A stretch of 64,000 nt of DNA from Vulcanimicrobiota bacterium (GCA_963797935.1 CAWCRI010000016.1:19720-83719), one strand, 5' to 3'. Counted from the first letter of the stretch, positions 50,785 to 60,593 are shown. A program made the numbers and translations. The notes: generated by a model from the sequence alone, not told the origin.

Positions 50785-52281
50785 ATGCGCGCGTGGTTCG
50801 AGGGCGCGTTCGAGCGCTGCTTGGAGTTGTGCGTCGCAGCGCGACCCCGCGACGCCGAATCGAAGATGCACGTCACCCTCGTCATGGCGCGTGCATTGCT
50901 GCGTCTGGAGCGTCCCGGCGAAGCTCTTGCCGTGTTGGACGACGCCGCGGCGATCCCGTGCAAGACCGACGAAGCAATGACGGTTCGCATGCTCACCGGT
51001 GCGGCGTACGTACGGCGCGGCGATCTCGAGCGAGGCCTCGACTTGCTCCTCGCGGCGCAAGCCGAAGCCGTCGGCACGCATCGCACGATTCAGTCCGAGA
51101 TCGCTCTCAACATCGCTCTCGCCCAGTATGGCCGAGGCCATTTCGACGACGCCGCACGCGCGCTGAACGGGGTCGAGCCCGACTCCGACATCGTCTTCGC
51201 GCGGGCGCTCGAGTATCGGGGCTGGCTCGCGTTCGCGCGTGCGGATTCCGCCCGCGCAACGACGTTTTTCCTCAGCGCGCTCGACGAGCTCGACCGCTGC
51301 CGCCATTACGATCGCTTTCTCGAGGTGGCCTGCATCCGATCGCTGGCGCACCTCGCGGTCGAACGTTTGGACCGCCGAACCTGGTCGATCGTCGAAGAAC
51401 GGCGCGCGCGCATGGAGTGGCCGGGGACGCAGCTCGCAACAGCCCAATTCTGGATCACGTACTGCGCCGCGACATTCGCATCGGACGTGCAAGGCAATCT
51501 TCTTGCGGCTGCGCGCGAAGCGCGCGACGCGGAGCGGATCGCGCCGACCCCGGCGTACCGTGTCCAGGCGCTGTGCAAACGCGCGGCGATTGCACGTTGC
51601 GCCGGCGAGCCTCTTTCGCAGCGCGATCACGTCGACGCGGCGGCCGAGGGTTACGCGGCGTTGACGCCGAGCGAGCTCTCCGGCGATGAGACCATCGTCC
51701 CGCTAATCCTCGCCGAAGAGCTTGCGAACGCCGGTTGTACGAATGAGGCGAGATCGGCGTTCGACACGTTCGTGAAGTTCTCGCGAGCCGCACCGCTCAT
51801 CTGGATTCGCCGCTGGCCCACGACGTTCGCGTACCAGCGCCTCATCGAAGCGCATGTTCTCGAATGCGGTGGTGAACGGCGTACCGCCGCGCGGCGCTAT
51901 CGCGAAGCATTCGATCTCTACACGAAGCTCGGTTACAAACGCCGTGCCGTCGCCGCCGCGCTTCGGCTCGCGCGCCTCAGCACCGCGCCGGACGCGGTGC
52001 GCTACGCCGACGTTCACACGCGACGCCTGTCCGCGCAGTCATGGTTGCGCCGCGAAGCGCACGCGGTCAACGATCGAGCGATTCGGCTCACCGCCGTGCA
52101 GCGCGAGGTGCTCGCGCTGATCTGCCAGGGGAAATCGAATCCCGACATCGCGCGCTCGCGCAAACGCTCGCTGCACACGATTCGCAACCTCATCGCGCGG
52201 CTGTTCGTGATCTTCGCGGTGTCCAGCCGCGAGGAGCTCGCGGTCGAGTGCGTGCGGCGCGGCCTCTACGCGCCGAAATGA
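50785..52281 (+). CDS. TPR-like helical-repeat protein with C-terminal LuxR HTH
   Basis: About 420 aa of TPR-like helices, then LTAVQREVLALICQGKSNPDIARSRKRSLHTIRNLIARLF; no P-loop or receiver domain visible. Confidence 0.85.
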   Translation: MRAWFEGAFERCLELCVAARPRDAESKMHVTLVMARALLRLERPGEALAVLDDAAAIPCKTDEAMTVRMLTGAAYVRRGDLERGLDLLLAAQAEAVGTHRTIQSEIALNIALAQYGRGHFDDAARALNGVEPDSDIVFARALEYRGWLAFARADSARATTFFLSALDELDRCRHYDRFLEVACIRSLAHLAVERLDRRTWSIVEERRARMEWPGTQLATAQFWITYCAATFASDVQGNLLAAAREARDAERIAPTPAYRVQALCKRAAIARCAGEPLSQRDHVDAAAEGYAALTPSELSGDETIVPLILAEELANAGCTNEARSAFDTFVKFSRAAPLIWIRRWPTTFAYQRLIEAHVLECGGERRTAARRYREAFDLYTKLGYKRRAVAAALRLARLSTAPDAVRYADVHTRRLSAQSWLRREAHAVNDRAIRLTAVQREVLALICQGKSNPDIARSRKRSLHTIRNLIARLFVIFAVSSREELAVECVRRGLYAPK

Positions 52282-52305
52282 CGTCGCGGCGGCAGCCGCA
52301 GCATG

Positions 52306-53106
52306 CTACGCGACGAGGTCGAGGAACGGCCGGATGTCGGCCTCGTCGACGTCCATCCCGACGCCGCGCACGTTCCAGCGCTCGTCGTGGAAGTCCGAAC
52401 CGGCGGTCATCACCAGGCCGTAGCGCTTCGCCTTCGCGCGGTAGTGGGCGACTTGCTGCGTCGTGTGCGTGCCGTAGAACACCTCGAGCCCGGCCAGGCC
52501 CTGCTCGGCGAGGTCGTCGAGGATCGCTTCATCCTTGAGCCGGCCGGGATGCGCGAGCACCGCGACCCCGCCGCTCGCGCGCACGACCTCGATCGCCTCG
52601 AGCGGCGTGATGTGCAGCGACGGCGCGTACCCGGGTTTGCCGTGTGAGAGCAGCTCGTCGAACGCGGTCTGCACGTCGCGAATCATCCCGTTGCGGACCA
52701 GCGCCTTCGCGACGTGCGGCCGGCCGAGCGCGTGGCCGCCGCCTGACTCCGCGAGCACCTGCTCGACGCTGACGGGATACCCGGCCTGGTTGAGCCCGCC
52801 CACCATCACGTCGATGCGGTCGCGGCGGTGGTTGCGGTTGCGCTCGACGACGTCCGCGAGCGCCGACGCGCCGGTGGGGATGCGGTAGCCTAGGATGTGG
52901 ACGTCGCTGCCGTCCCAGGTCGTGTTGATCTCGATGCCCGGGACCACGTGCTGGCCGGGCGCGTCGACGGCGTCGTACGCGCGGGTCGTGTCGTGGTCGG
53001 TGATCGAGAACCACGAGACGCCCCGCGTCCGCATCTTCGCGACCAGCTCGGCGGGCGACAAGGTGCCGTCGCTCTCGAGCGTGTGGGAGTGGAAGTCGAC
53101 CGTCAC
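52306..53106 (-). CDS. PHP domain phosphoesterase (TrpH/YciV-like)
   Basis: DFHSHT..SDG, ITDHD, GRPHVA, LAHP and GSDFH motifs. Confidence 0.92.
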   Translation of the reverse strand: MTVDFHSHTLESDGTLSPAELVAKMRTRGVSWFSITDHDTTRAYDAVDAPGQHVVPGIEINTTWDGSDVHILGYRIPTGASALADVVERNRNHRRDRIDVMVGGLNQAGYPVSVEQVLAESGGGHALGRPHVAKALVRNGMIRDVQTAFDELLSHGKPGYAPSLHITPLEAIEVVRASGGVAVLAHPGRLKDEAILDDLAEQGLAGLEVFYGTHTTQQVAHYRAKAKRYGLVMTAGSDFHDERWNVRGVGMDVDEADIRPFLDLVA

Positions 53107-53418
53107 CTAGTCGGTCTTCGGCGCCGGCAGGGCGCGCCGTTCCACGAGCAGGCGGATCGCGGTGCGCACGTTGCCGTCGATCTCGACGTCGGTGAACTCC
53201 GGAACGCACACGAGGTCGATCTCCTGCGCGCGGAGATACGAGCGCGCGATCGCGATCGCTTTGACGGCCTGGTTGGTCGCTCCGGCACCGATCGCTTGAA
53301 GCTCCGCGTTGGGTCTTTCGCGCAGAACGCCGGCGAGCGCGCCGGCGACGGAGTTGGGATTGGAATGAGCGGACACCTTGAGGACACCCGCCGCGGGCGT
53401 CCTCTGCGGCTCGATCAT
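53107..53418 (-). CDS. spoVS: Stage V sporulation protein S family
   Basis: VLKVSAHSNPNSVAGALAG...QAIGAGATNQAVKAIAIAR. Confidence 0.95.
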   Translation of the reverse strand: MIEPQRTPAAGVLKVSAHSNPNSVAGALAGVLRERPNAELQAIGAGATNQAVKAIAIARSYLRAQEIDLVCVPEFTDVEIDGNVRTAIRLLVERRALPAPKTD

Positions 53419-54221
53419 GCTAGGCCTCGAAGATTGATGCGTTTGATGTCGAGCGCACGTCCCGTCGCGACGTCAATGGTCGCGACTGCCGCGCAAAATT
53501 GACGTGTACCCGTTTTCTGGACTGCGAAGCGCTCGGATACCGCATTGGTGAAACGCTCCAGAACAGCCGCGGATTCCATCCCGATCACGCCGTCGGACGG
53601 CCCGGTCATGCCGACGTCGGTGAGATAGGCGGTGCCGCCGGCGAAGATCTGCTCGTCCGAGGTCTGGACGTGGGTGTGCGTTCCGTACAGCAGCGAGATC
53701 GATCCGTCGAAGAAGCGCCCCAGCGCCATCTTCTCCGACGTCGCCTCGGCGTGGACGTCGACGACGATCACGCGGGTGGCCGCGCGGAGGTCGTCGACCA
53801 GCTCGCGGCCGATCCGGAACGGGTCGTCGACGGGCGGCATGAAGACGCGGCCCATCAGGTTGACCACGCCGACCGTCACGCCGTTGGCCGCGGTGAACGT
53901 CCCCACGCCGCGCCCGGGCAGCGCGGGCGGGTAGTTCGCGGGCCGCAGGATGCGGTCGGTCTCGTCGAGCTCGCGGCGAAACTCGCGCTTGTCCCAGATG
54001 TGGTTGCCCGACGTGATGAAGTCGACGCCCGCCGCGAACATCTCCTCGGCGGTTTGCGTGGTCAAGCCGAAGCCGCCCGCGGCGTTCTCGCCGTTGGCGA
54101 TGACGGCGTCGGCGTGGTGCTGCTCGCGGGCGAGAGCGAGGCGCGTCTTGAGGACGTCGCGTCCCGGCGAACCCATCACGTCGCCGACGACCAGGATGGT
54201 GACGGTGCTCGGCGCTAGGAT
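53415..54221 (-). CDS. ymdB: YmdB/TIGR00282 metallophosphoesterase; non-canonical start required
   Basis: TILVVGDVMGSPGR, NGENAAGG, SGNHIWD, RPANYP, HAEATSEK, GTHTHVQT and TDVGMTGP motifs. Confidence 0.92.
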   Translation of the reverse strand: MLAPSTVTILVVGDVMGSPGRDVLKTRLALAREQHHADAVIANGENAAGGFGLTTQTAEEMFAAGVDFITSGNHIWDKREFRRELDETDRILRPANYPPALPGRGVGTFTAANGVTVGVVNLMGRVFMPPVDDPFRIGRELVDDLRAATRVIVVDVHAEATSEKMALGRFFDGSISLLYGTHTHVQTSDEQIFAGGTAYLTDVGMTGPSDGVIGMESAAVLERFTNAVSERFAVQKTGTRQFCAAVATIDVATGRALDIKRINLRGLA

Positions 54222-54772
54222 CGGGCCCTGGCTTTCGTGCGCTTGCGGGCGTGCACGAAGTACACGAGCACGTGCTGCTCTTCGCGGAAACCGACGAGGC
54301 GCCGGCGCTGCGTCGGATCCCGCAACGCGTCCAGCGCGACTTCGACCATCTCGTCGCTCGCCGCCGCTTCGTCGTCGCCCGGGAGCGCGCTCGCGCCGTC
54401 ACGCACGAGCCGGTCGCCGTAGGCGTCGACGAACAGCGCGACGAGCAGCTCGAGCTCCTCGCGCGCGAACGACGCCGCGTCGCGGGTGACGTTGACGAAC
54501 GTGACGGCGGTGTCGCGGTCGCACGCGAGCGCGATCTTCGCCGGCACGTCGCCGCGCAAATCGAGGAAGGCGCGCAGGTGCTCGGACGTGCGGTCGGCGA
54601 GCGCGAGCTGCTTCGCCCGGTCGAGCCGCTCGCGCACCGCGAACGACAGCGTCAGCGTGGCGTCCGCCGGGTTCGAGCGCACGCTGTGGAGCTCCGGGAA
54701 ACGGACCAGCAGCGCCACGACGCGGTTGATGGTGTCGGCGGACTCGAAGGCGGACGGACGCGGGCTGTGCAT
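54215..54772 (-). CDS. Conserved hypothetical protein
   Basis: LLVRFPEL...NVTRDAASF.REE...LVGFREEQHVLVY; co-oriented with and overlapping ymdB. Confidence 0.75.
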   Translation of the reverse strand: MHSPRPSAFESADTINRVVALLVRFPELHSVRSNPADATLTLSFAVRERLDRAKQLALADRTSEHLRAFLDLRGDVPAKIALACDRDTAVTFVNVTRDAASFAREELELLVALFVDAYGDRLVRDGASALPGDDEAAASDEMVEVALDALRDPTQRRRLVGFREEQHVLVYFVHARKRTKARARS

Positions 54773-54988
54773 GACTCTCTCGGCGGAACGGGGGTGCGAA
54801 ACGGGGCGGGCGGCGGTGGGCGAGCGGCGGGGGGACACCATGGTTCGGACCGCCCGTGTGGCGGCACCTCTGTCTCTCCCGGACGTCTCTCTGCGCCGCC
54901 CGACCGGCACGGCTAGTACCACCCTAACGCCCTCCGAGCCGCCGCGGTGGCGACAGGTCGGGGCCTCTCAGTACGGAACAATGCGGAC

Positions 54989-55549
54989 ATGCGTCCGCGC
55001 TCGGCGGCGTTCGGCCTGTGGGCCGCGCTGACGTTCTCGTGCGCCGTGCTCGTCCACGGCGTGATCCATGCGGTCGGCGACCAGACCTTCGTCTGGGACT
55101 CGCCGGCGCACGCGGTCATGCTCGCCGCGGCGCTCGGCATGCTGGGCGCCGTCGCCCTGCCGCTCGGGCTCGTCGGACCCGCTCGCGAACGCCGGCGCCG
55201 GCTCGCCCTGGTGCGCGCCCGGCTGGGCCCACGGACAGTGGCTACCACGGCGTTCGGCCTGCTCGCCCAAGCGGCGATCGCCGGGCTCTTGCTCGCCGCC
55301 GAAGGCGCATCGCTCGAGCCGGCGCGGCTCGCCATGGCGCTCGCCTGCGGGCTCGTGGCCTTGCTCTGCTCGGCCGTGCTGTTCCGCGCCACCCGCGACC
55401 GCGTCGTCGCACTGTTCGCGGCCTTCGCCGCGGCCGCCGACAAGACGACCGCGCCGCCGCGGGCGCGCCGGCTGGCGCGGCGCCCCGCGCGCGCAACCGT
55501 TCCCTACCGGCTGTTCGTTCCGAACCGTCCCCCGCCGCTGCCTGCCTGA
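54989..55549 (+). CDS. Membrane protein with C-terminal RPPP motif upstream of a TonB receptor
   Basis: About four hydrophobic segments, His residues (HGVIH, PAH), ending VPNRPPPLPA. Confidence 0.7.
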   Translation: MRPRSAAFGLWAALTFSCAVLVHGVIHAVGDQTFVWDSPAHAVMLAAALGMLGAVALPLGLVGPARERRRRLALVRARLGPRTVATTAFGLLAQAAIAGLLLAAEGASLEPARLAMALACGLVALLCSAVLFRATRDRVVALFAAFAAAADKTTAPPRARRLARRPARATVPYRLFVPNRPPPLPA

Positions 55550-55609
55550 CGTCCGCCCGCCGCGCCCCTAGCGCGGCTCCTTCGTCGTCGCAGTACAGCA
55601 AAGGGAATC

Positions 55610-57973
55610 ATGTTCAGCCATCGATCCGGTGGGCCGCTTCGCGCGCTCGCCTTCGTCATCGTCATCGCCGTCGCCGCGACCACCGGGTCCGCGCTCGCGC
55701 AGGCGACGAGCTTTCTCTCCGGCGTCGTCACCGCCAACGGCCAAGCCGTCGCGGGCGCCGCCGTTCAAGTCAACGGCCCCACACTCCACCGTGAGGCCGT
55801 CACCGACGCGCGCGGCACGTTCGCGTTCAGCGCCGTCCCGCTGGGCCGGTACTCGGTGTCCGGCGTCAGCGGACCGCTCAGCGCCGTCGTCGACGTCGAC
55901 GTGACGTCGGCCGGCGAGAGCGTCAACCTCGTCCTGAAGGCCACCAAGAGCATCGGCCGCACCTCGGCGACCGTCACGTCGCACGCGGCGCAGGTTCAGC
56001 GCGCGGGCACCGACGTCACGCTGAGTACGGCGACGCTCGCGCGTTCGCCCGAGGCCGGCAGCACGTCGGGCCTGCTGCTGCAAGTGCCGGGCGCGGCGCG
56101 CGGCGCGAACGGCGCCGTGCACGTCAACGGCGATCACGGCGACATCAACTACGTGATCGACGGCGTCGCGCTGCCGCAAGCGCTCAACCGCGTCATCGGC
56201 AACGAGGTGGACGCAAGCAACGTGGGCTTCGCCGAGGTGCTCGAAGGCGCATATCCCGCGCAGTACGGCGAGCGCTTCGGCGCGGTGCTGAACCTCGCTT
56301 CGAAAGGCGGCACGCCGGGGCCGCCGGGCGTCACGTTCGACGCGGCGGGCGGTGCGTTCGGGCGCTACGAGGCGACGCTCGGATATCACGCGCCCGTGGG
56401 GCGCGGCGGCTCGCTGCTCGTCGCGTCGCGCACCGGGCGCGACGGGCGCGCGCTCGACCCGCCGTCGCCCGACGCGCCGCACGACGCGGGCAGCAGCGCG
56501 AACCAGTTCGTGCGCATGACGCTGCCGTACGGCAAGAGCTCGTTCGCGAACTTCACGCTGTCGCACAGCTTGCAGACGTATCAGATCCCCGCCGACGTCG
56601 CCGCCGGCGCGCCGGCGGCACAAGACGACGTCGAGCGGCAAGACGACGTGTTCGCGTCGCTGCAGTTCCGGCGCGCGATCGGCGACCGCGGCACGTTCTC
56701 GTTCGGCCCGTCGGTCAAGCGCTCGCGCATCCAAGACCTGCCGGATCCCGCCAACGACTACGCGGCGGGGCTCGCGCGCGGCAACCCCGCGGATTGCAGC
56801 GCCGACGTCACCACGTGCTCGCTGTCGCTGTTCTCGGACCGCACGTCGATCGACTACCGCATCAACGCCGACTACGATCTCCGCAGCGCGGCGCACGAAG
56901 TGCGCGCCGGCGTCGTCTACGACGTCACCACCGTCGCGAAACGCTACGCGATCGGGCTGCAGGCGAACAACCCGTTCTCGCTCGCGCCCTTCACCGTCGC
57001 CGACACGTCGCCGAACACCGGTCACCTCGCGGAGGGATATCTCCAGGACACGTGGCGCATGGGCACGCGCTGGCGGCTCGACTACGGCGTGCGCGCCGAC
57101 GTGTTCACGATCGCGTCCCCCGAGTTCGCCAGCGGCTTCTCGCAGCTCAGCCCGCGCGTGAAGCTCACGCGCCTGTTCGGCGACGCGGCAAGCGTGTACG
57201 TCTACTACGGGCGGTTCTTCACGCCGTTCTCGCTGGAGAACGTCGCGCCGTCCGTCGCGCGCGTCATCCAGCCGGCCAGCGGGAGCTTCGACCTGCGGCC
57301 GCAGCGCGACTCCGACTACGAGATCGGCGGACACGTCGCCGTGGGGCGCGGCGACCTCGGCGCGCGCGTCGCGCAGAAGAACGCCGCCGATCTCATCGAC
57401 GACACACAAGTCGGCACGACGAACCTCCATCAGGACATCAACTTCGCGCTCGGACGCATCGCCACGCAAAGCCTCGCGTACCAGCGCCCGCTGGTGCGCG
57501 GCGGACGCGTATACGGCTCGCTCGCGCACACCTACGCCGTGGTGAAGAACTGCGAGACCGCGTTGCTGGCGCCGTGCGCGGGCGGCGGCTCGCCCGACTG
57601 GCTGCCGGCGGATCACGAGGAGCACTGGGACGCGAACGCGGGCTTGCTGATCAACGACCGGCACAACGGCTGGTTCTCGGCGAGCGCCGAGTACGGCAGC
57701 GGCCTCACGACCGCGCCGTCCGATCTCGGGGCGGGCTTCGTCAACCGCTTCTGCCCGCCGGATCCGCGCACCGGCCTGGGTTCGACGGCGTGCAAGGTTC
57801 CGCCGCACCTCACGCTCGACGTCGAGAAAGGCATCGCGCTCGGGCGCGGAGCGCTCGCCCTCCGCGTGCACAACCTGCTCGACGACCGGTACTTCATCAC
57901 GTTCGCGAACGCGCAAGGCGACCACGTCGCCCGCCCGCGCTCGATCGAGCTGAACTACCGGCTGGAGCGGTAG
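55610..57973 (+). CDS. TonB-dependent receptor with N-terminal carboxypeptidase-regulatory-like domain
   Basis: Signal peptide, TDARGTF.F..VPLGRY, plug (YVIDGV...EVLEGAYPAQYG), LQDTW, SPRV and VHNLLDDRY. Confidence 0.9.
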   Translation: MFSHRSGGPLRALAFVIVIAVAATTGSALAQATSFLSGVVTANGQAVAGAAVQVNGPTLHREAVTDARGTFAFSAVPLGRYSVSGVSGPLSAVVDVDVTSAGESVNLVLKATKSIGRTSATVTSHAAQVQRAGTDVTLSTATLARSPEAGSTSGLLLQVPGAARGANGAVHVNGDHGDINYVIDGVALPQALNRVIGNEVDASNVGFAEVLEGAYPAQYGERFGAVLNLASKGGTPGPPGVTFDAAGGAFGRYEATLGYHAPVGRGGSLLVASRTGRDGRALDPPSPDAPHDAGSSANQFVRMTLPYGKSSFANFTLSHSLQTYQIPADVAAGAPAAQDDVERQDDVFASLQFRRAIGDRGTFSFGPSVKRSRIQDLPDPANDYAAGLARGNPADCSADVTTCSLSLFSDRTSIDYRINADYDLRSAAHEVRAGVVYDVTTVAKRYAIGLQANNPFSLAPFTVADTSPNTGHLAEGYLQDTWRMGTRWRLDYGVRADVFTIASPEFASGFSQLSPRVKLTRLFGDAASVYVYYGRFFTPFSLENVAPSVARVIQPASGSFDLRPQRDSDYEIGGHVAVGRGDLGARVAQKNAADLIDDTQVGTTNLHQDINFALGRIATQSLAYQRPLVRGGRVYGSLAHTYAVVKNCETALLAPCAGGGSPDWLPADHEEHWDANAGLLINDRHNGWFSASAEYGSGLTTAPSDLGAGFVNRFCPPDPRTGLGSTACKVPPHLTLDVEKGIALGRGALALRVHNLLDDRYFITFANAQGDHVARPRSIELNYRLER

Positions 57974-57974
57974 G

Positions 57975-58373
57975 CTATGCGGCGCGCGGCGTGACCGGCA
58001 GGACGGCGCGGATCACCGTGCCGCCGCCCGCCGGCTGGTCGACCTCGACGTCGCGGGCCAGCAGCTCGACGATGCCCAGGCCGCGTCCCGACTCGGCGTA
58101 GACGTCGCGGCGCGGGGTCCACGGATGGACCCGCAGCCCGGGGCCGTGATCGCGCACGACCAGTACCGGCGGCTTGCTATCGACGAGCTCCAGCCGAACC
58201 TCCACGGCCCCGTTCGCGTAGCGAACCGTGTTGGCCACGAGCTCGCCGTAGATCAACTCAGCCGCGTCGACGTCAGAGGCCGGTTCGGCGATCGTGGTGA
58301 GGCACTCGCGGAATGCGCGGCGCTGCCGCAGCACCCGTTCCGCTTCGTCCTCGACCTTCCAAACGATCGCCAC
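57975..58373 (-). CDS. HATPase_c (RsbW-like) ATP-binding protein
   Basis: ELVANTVRY, VRDHGPG and ESGRGLGIV. Confidence 0.88.
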   Translation of the reverse strand: MAIVWKVEDEAERVLRQRRAFRECLTTIAEPASDVDAAELIYGELVANTVRYANGAVEVRLELVDSKPPVLVVRDHGPGLRVHPWTPRRDVYAESGRGLGIVELLARDVEVDQPAGGGTVIRAVLPVTPRAA

Positions 58374-58451
58374 TTGCCACCTCTCTCCACGTTATCCACA
58401 GCGATGGTACCCTGGCCGCGGCGGACTGTCTCTCCTCGTATCAGGGGATTC

Positions 58452-60593
58452 TCAGACTGTGGCTCCCTGACCGAGCAGATGCAAGCGAGGGCGCGGCGCG
58501 AGCGCGCAGTCCAGCTCCGCCCCGGTCATCGGCGCGCCGAAGCGGAAGCCTTGCGCCTCGTCGCAGCCCAGCGACGCGACGAAGCCGAGCTGCTCCTCGG
58601 TCTCGATCCCTTCGGCGGTGACGCGCAGCCCGAGCGTTTTGGCGATCGAGACGATGGAGCCGACGATCGCCCGGTCGTACGCGTCCTCCGCCACGTCGCG
58701 GATGAAAGCGCGGTCGACCTTGAGCGCGGTGACCGGCAACCGCTTGAGCGACGGAAAGCTGCTGTAGCCGACGCCGAAGTCGTCGACGGTGACCTCGACG
58801 CCGAGCGCGCAGATGCGCCGCAGCGCCAGCAGCACGCCGTCGTCGAGCAGGTCGTTCTCGTTCACCTCGATCGAGAGCGCGCCGGGGCGGAGGCTGTGCT
58901 CGATGAGCATCGTCGCCACGACGTCCGGAAAATCGGGCTCGCGCAGATCGTACGGCGACAGGTTCACGGCCATGCGGAAGCCCGGCTCGTAGGCGCGCAC
59001 GCGCGCCGCGGTGGCGCACGCCTCGCGCAGCACCCAGCGGTCGAGCGCGACGATCGCGCCGCTCTGCTCCGCGATCGTGATGAAGACGCCGGGCGGCACG
59101 ATTCCGCGCGTCTGGTGGTGCCACCGCACGAGCGCCTCGCAGCCCACGATGCGGCGCGTCGCGACGTCGATCACGGGCTGATACAGCAACCGCAGCTCGT
59201 CGCGCGCGACGGCGTGGCGCAGGTCGTTGTCGAGCGCGAGCAGCTCGGCGGCGGCCGCTTGAAGCGAGTCGTCGTCGTAGACCGCGAAGCGTTCACCGCC
59301 GCGCGTCTTCGCGCGCTGCATCGCCGCGTCGGCGTGCGCGCCCAGCGACTCGGTGTCGTCGCCGTGCTCGGGGAAGATCGCCGCGCCGACGCTCGCGTCG
59401 ACGAACAGCTCGCGCCCGCGCGCGGTGACGGGGAGCGCCAGCGCGCCCAGCACGCGCTGCGCGACGCTTTCGACCTCCGCGTTGGAGATCACGCGCGGCA
59501 TCAGGATGACGAATTCGTCGCCGCCGGGCCGCGCGATGACGTCGCCGGCGCGGAGCGTCTCTTGCAGCCGCAATGCGACGTCACGCAGCACGTCGTCGCC
59601 CGCGCCGTGGCCCAGCGCGTCGTTGATCGTGCGGAAATGGTTGAGGCCGACGACCAGCAGCGCGCAGCGCCGGCCGTCGCGGCGCGCGTCGGCGATCGTC
59701 TCGTCGATGCGCTGCTCGAGCGACAAGCGGTTCGGCAGCCCGGTCACGCGGTCGCGGTGCGTGCTCTCGAACAGGCGCTGGTGCGCGCGCTTGAGCGCGG
59801 TCACGTCCAGCGACACGCCCACCGCGCCGACGATCGCGCCCGCGCCGTCGCGCAGCGGCTCGACGTGGTGGCGCAGCCAGCGCTGCCCGCGCACGGTCTC
59901 GGTGTGCGCGGGCGCGCCGGCGACGACGTCGAGCAGCACGTGCTCGGCGATGAGGGCGCCGGAGGAACGGCCGATCAGATCGTCCGCCCGCAGCCCGAGA
60001 TCTTCGAGCGCGGCCCCGGTGACGCTGGTGAACCGGGCGTCGCGATCGGTCGTCCAGAGCACGGCGTCGACGTTGTCGGCGAGCAGCCGCACGCGCTGCT
60101 CGCAGTCGCGCGCCTGCGCGGCGGCGCGCGCGCGTTCGCCGACGTCGCGCAGCGACACGATCACCTGGCCGGCGGCCGGCGTCGCGCGCACCTCGATCAG
60201 CGCGCCGGTGCCGGGCAGCGCGTGCGTGCGTTCCGCCCGCTCGCCGGTGCGGCGCGCGCAGCGCACGTCCGCGAGCACCTCGGACGCGAGCGGATCGGCG
60301 ATGTCTTGCAGTGCGCGCCCGACGAGCTCGCCGGGGGTCGCGTGCAGCAGCCGCGCGGCTTCGCCGTTGACGTGCGCGATGCGGAACTGCTCGTCGACCA
60401 CGTACATGCCGTCCGCGATGCCGTCCAGCACGCGGGCGCGCTGATCGTTCACGGCGCGGCGTTCGCAACGCAGCGCCGCGGCGACGACGTGCAGCCGAAC
60501 CGCGTACGCCGCGACGACGGCGAGCGCGGTGCCGACGATCGAGAGCGCGAAGCCGAGTCCTCCGGCCATGCCCAGCGCGAGCGGGAAGTTCAT
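58452..60593 (-). CDS. PAS-PAS-GGDEF-EAL c-di-GMP enzyme
   Basis: TM segment, two PAS domains, TGLPNR, GGDEF, EALVRW, DDFGVGYSS, AEGIET and QGF. Confidence 0.92.
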   Translation of the reverse strand: MNFPLALGMAGGLGFALSIVGTALAVVAAYAVRLHVVAAALRCERRAVNDQRARVLDGIADGMYVVDEQFRIAHVNGEAARLLHATPGELVGRALQDIADPLASEVLADVRCARRTGERAERTHALPGTGALIEVRATPAAGQVIVSLRDVGERARAAAQARDCEQRVRLLADNVDAVLWTTDRDARFTSVTGAALEDLGLRADDLIGRSSGALIAEHVLLDVVAGAPAHTETVRGQRWLRHHVEPLRDGAGAIVGAVGVSLDVTALKRAHQRLFESTHRDRVTGLPNRLSLEQRIDETIADARRDGRRCALLVVGLNHFRTINDALGHGAGDDVLRDVALRLQETLRAGDVIARPGGDEFVILMPRVISNAEVESVAQRVLGALALPVTARGRELFVDASVGAAIFPEHGDDTESLGAHADAAMQRAKTRGGERFAVYDDDSLQAAAAELLALDNDLRHAVARDELRLLYQPVIDVATRRIVGCEALVRWHHQTRGIVPPGVFITIAEQSGAIVALDRWVLREACATAARVRAYEPGFRMAVNLSPYDLREPDFPDVVATMLIEHSLRPGALSIEVNENDLLDDGVLLALRRICALGVEVTVDDFGVGYSSFPSLKRLPVTALKVDRAFIRDVAEDAYDRAIVGSIVSIAKTLGLRVTAEGIETEEQLGFVASLGCDEAQGFRFGAPMTGAELDCALAPRPRLHLLGQGATV

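Noticed and set aside
53107-53418. spoVS as evidence of sporulation
   Set aside because: SpoVS is widespread in non-sporulating bacteria and commonly sits next to ymdB.
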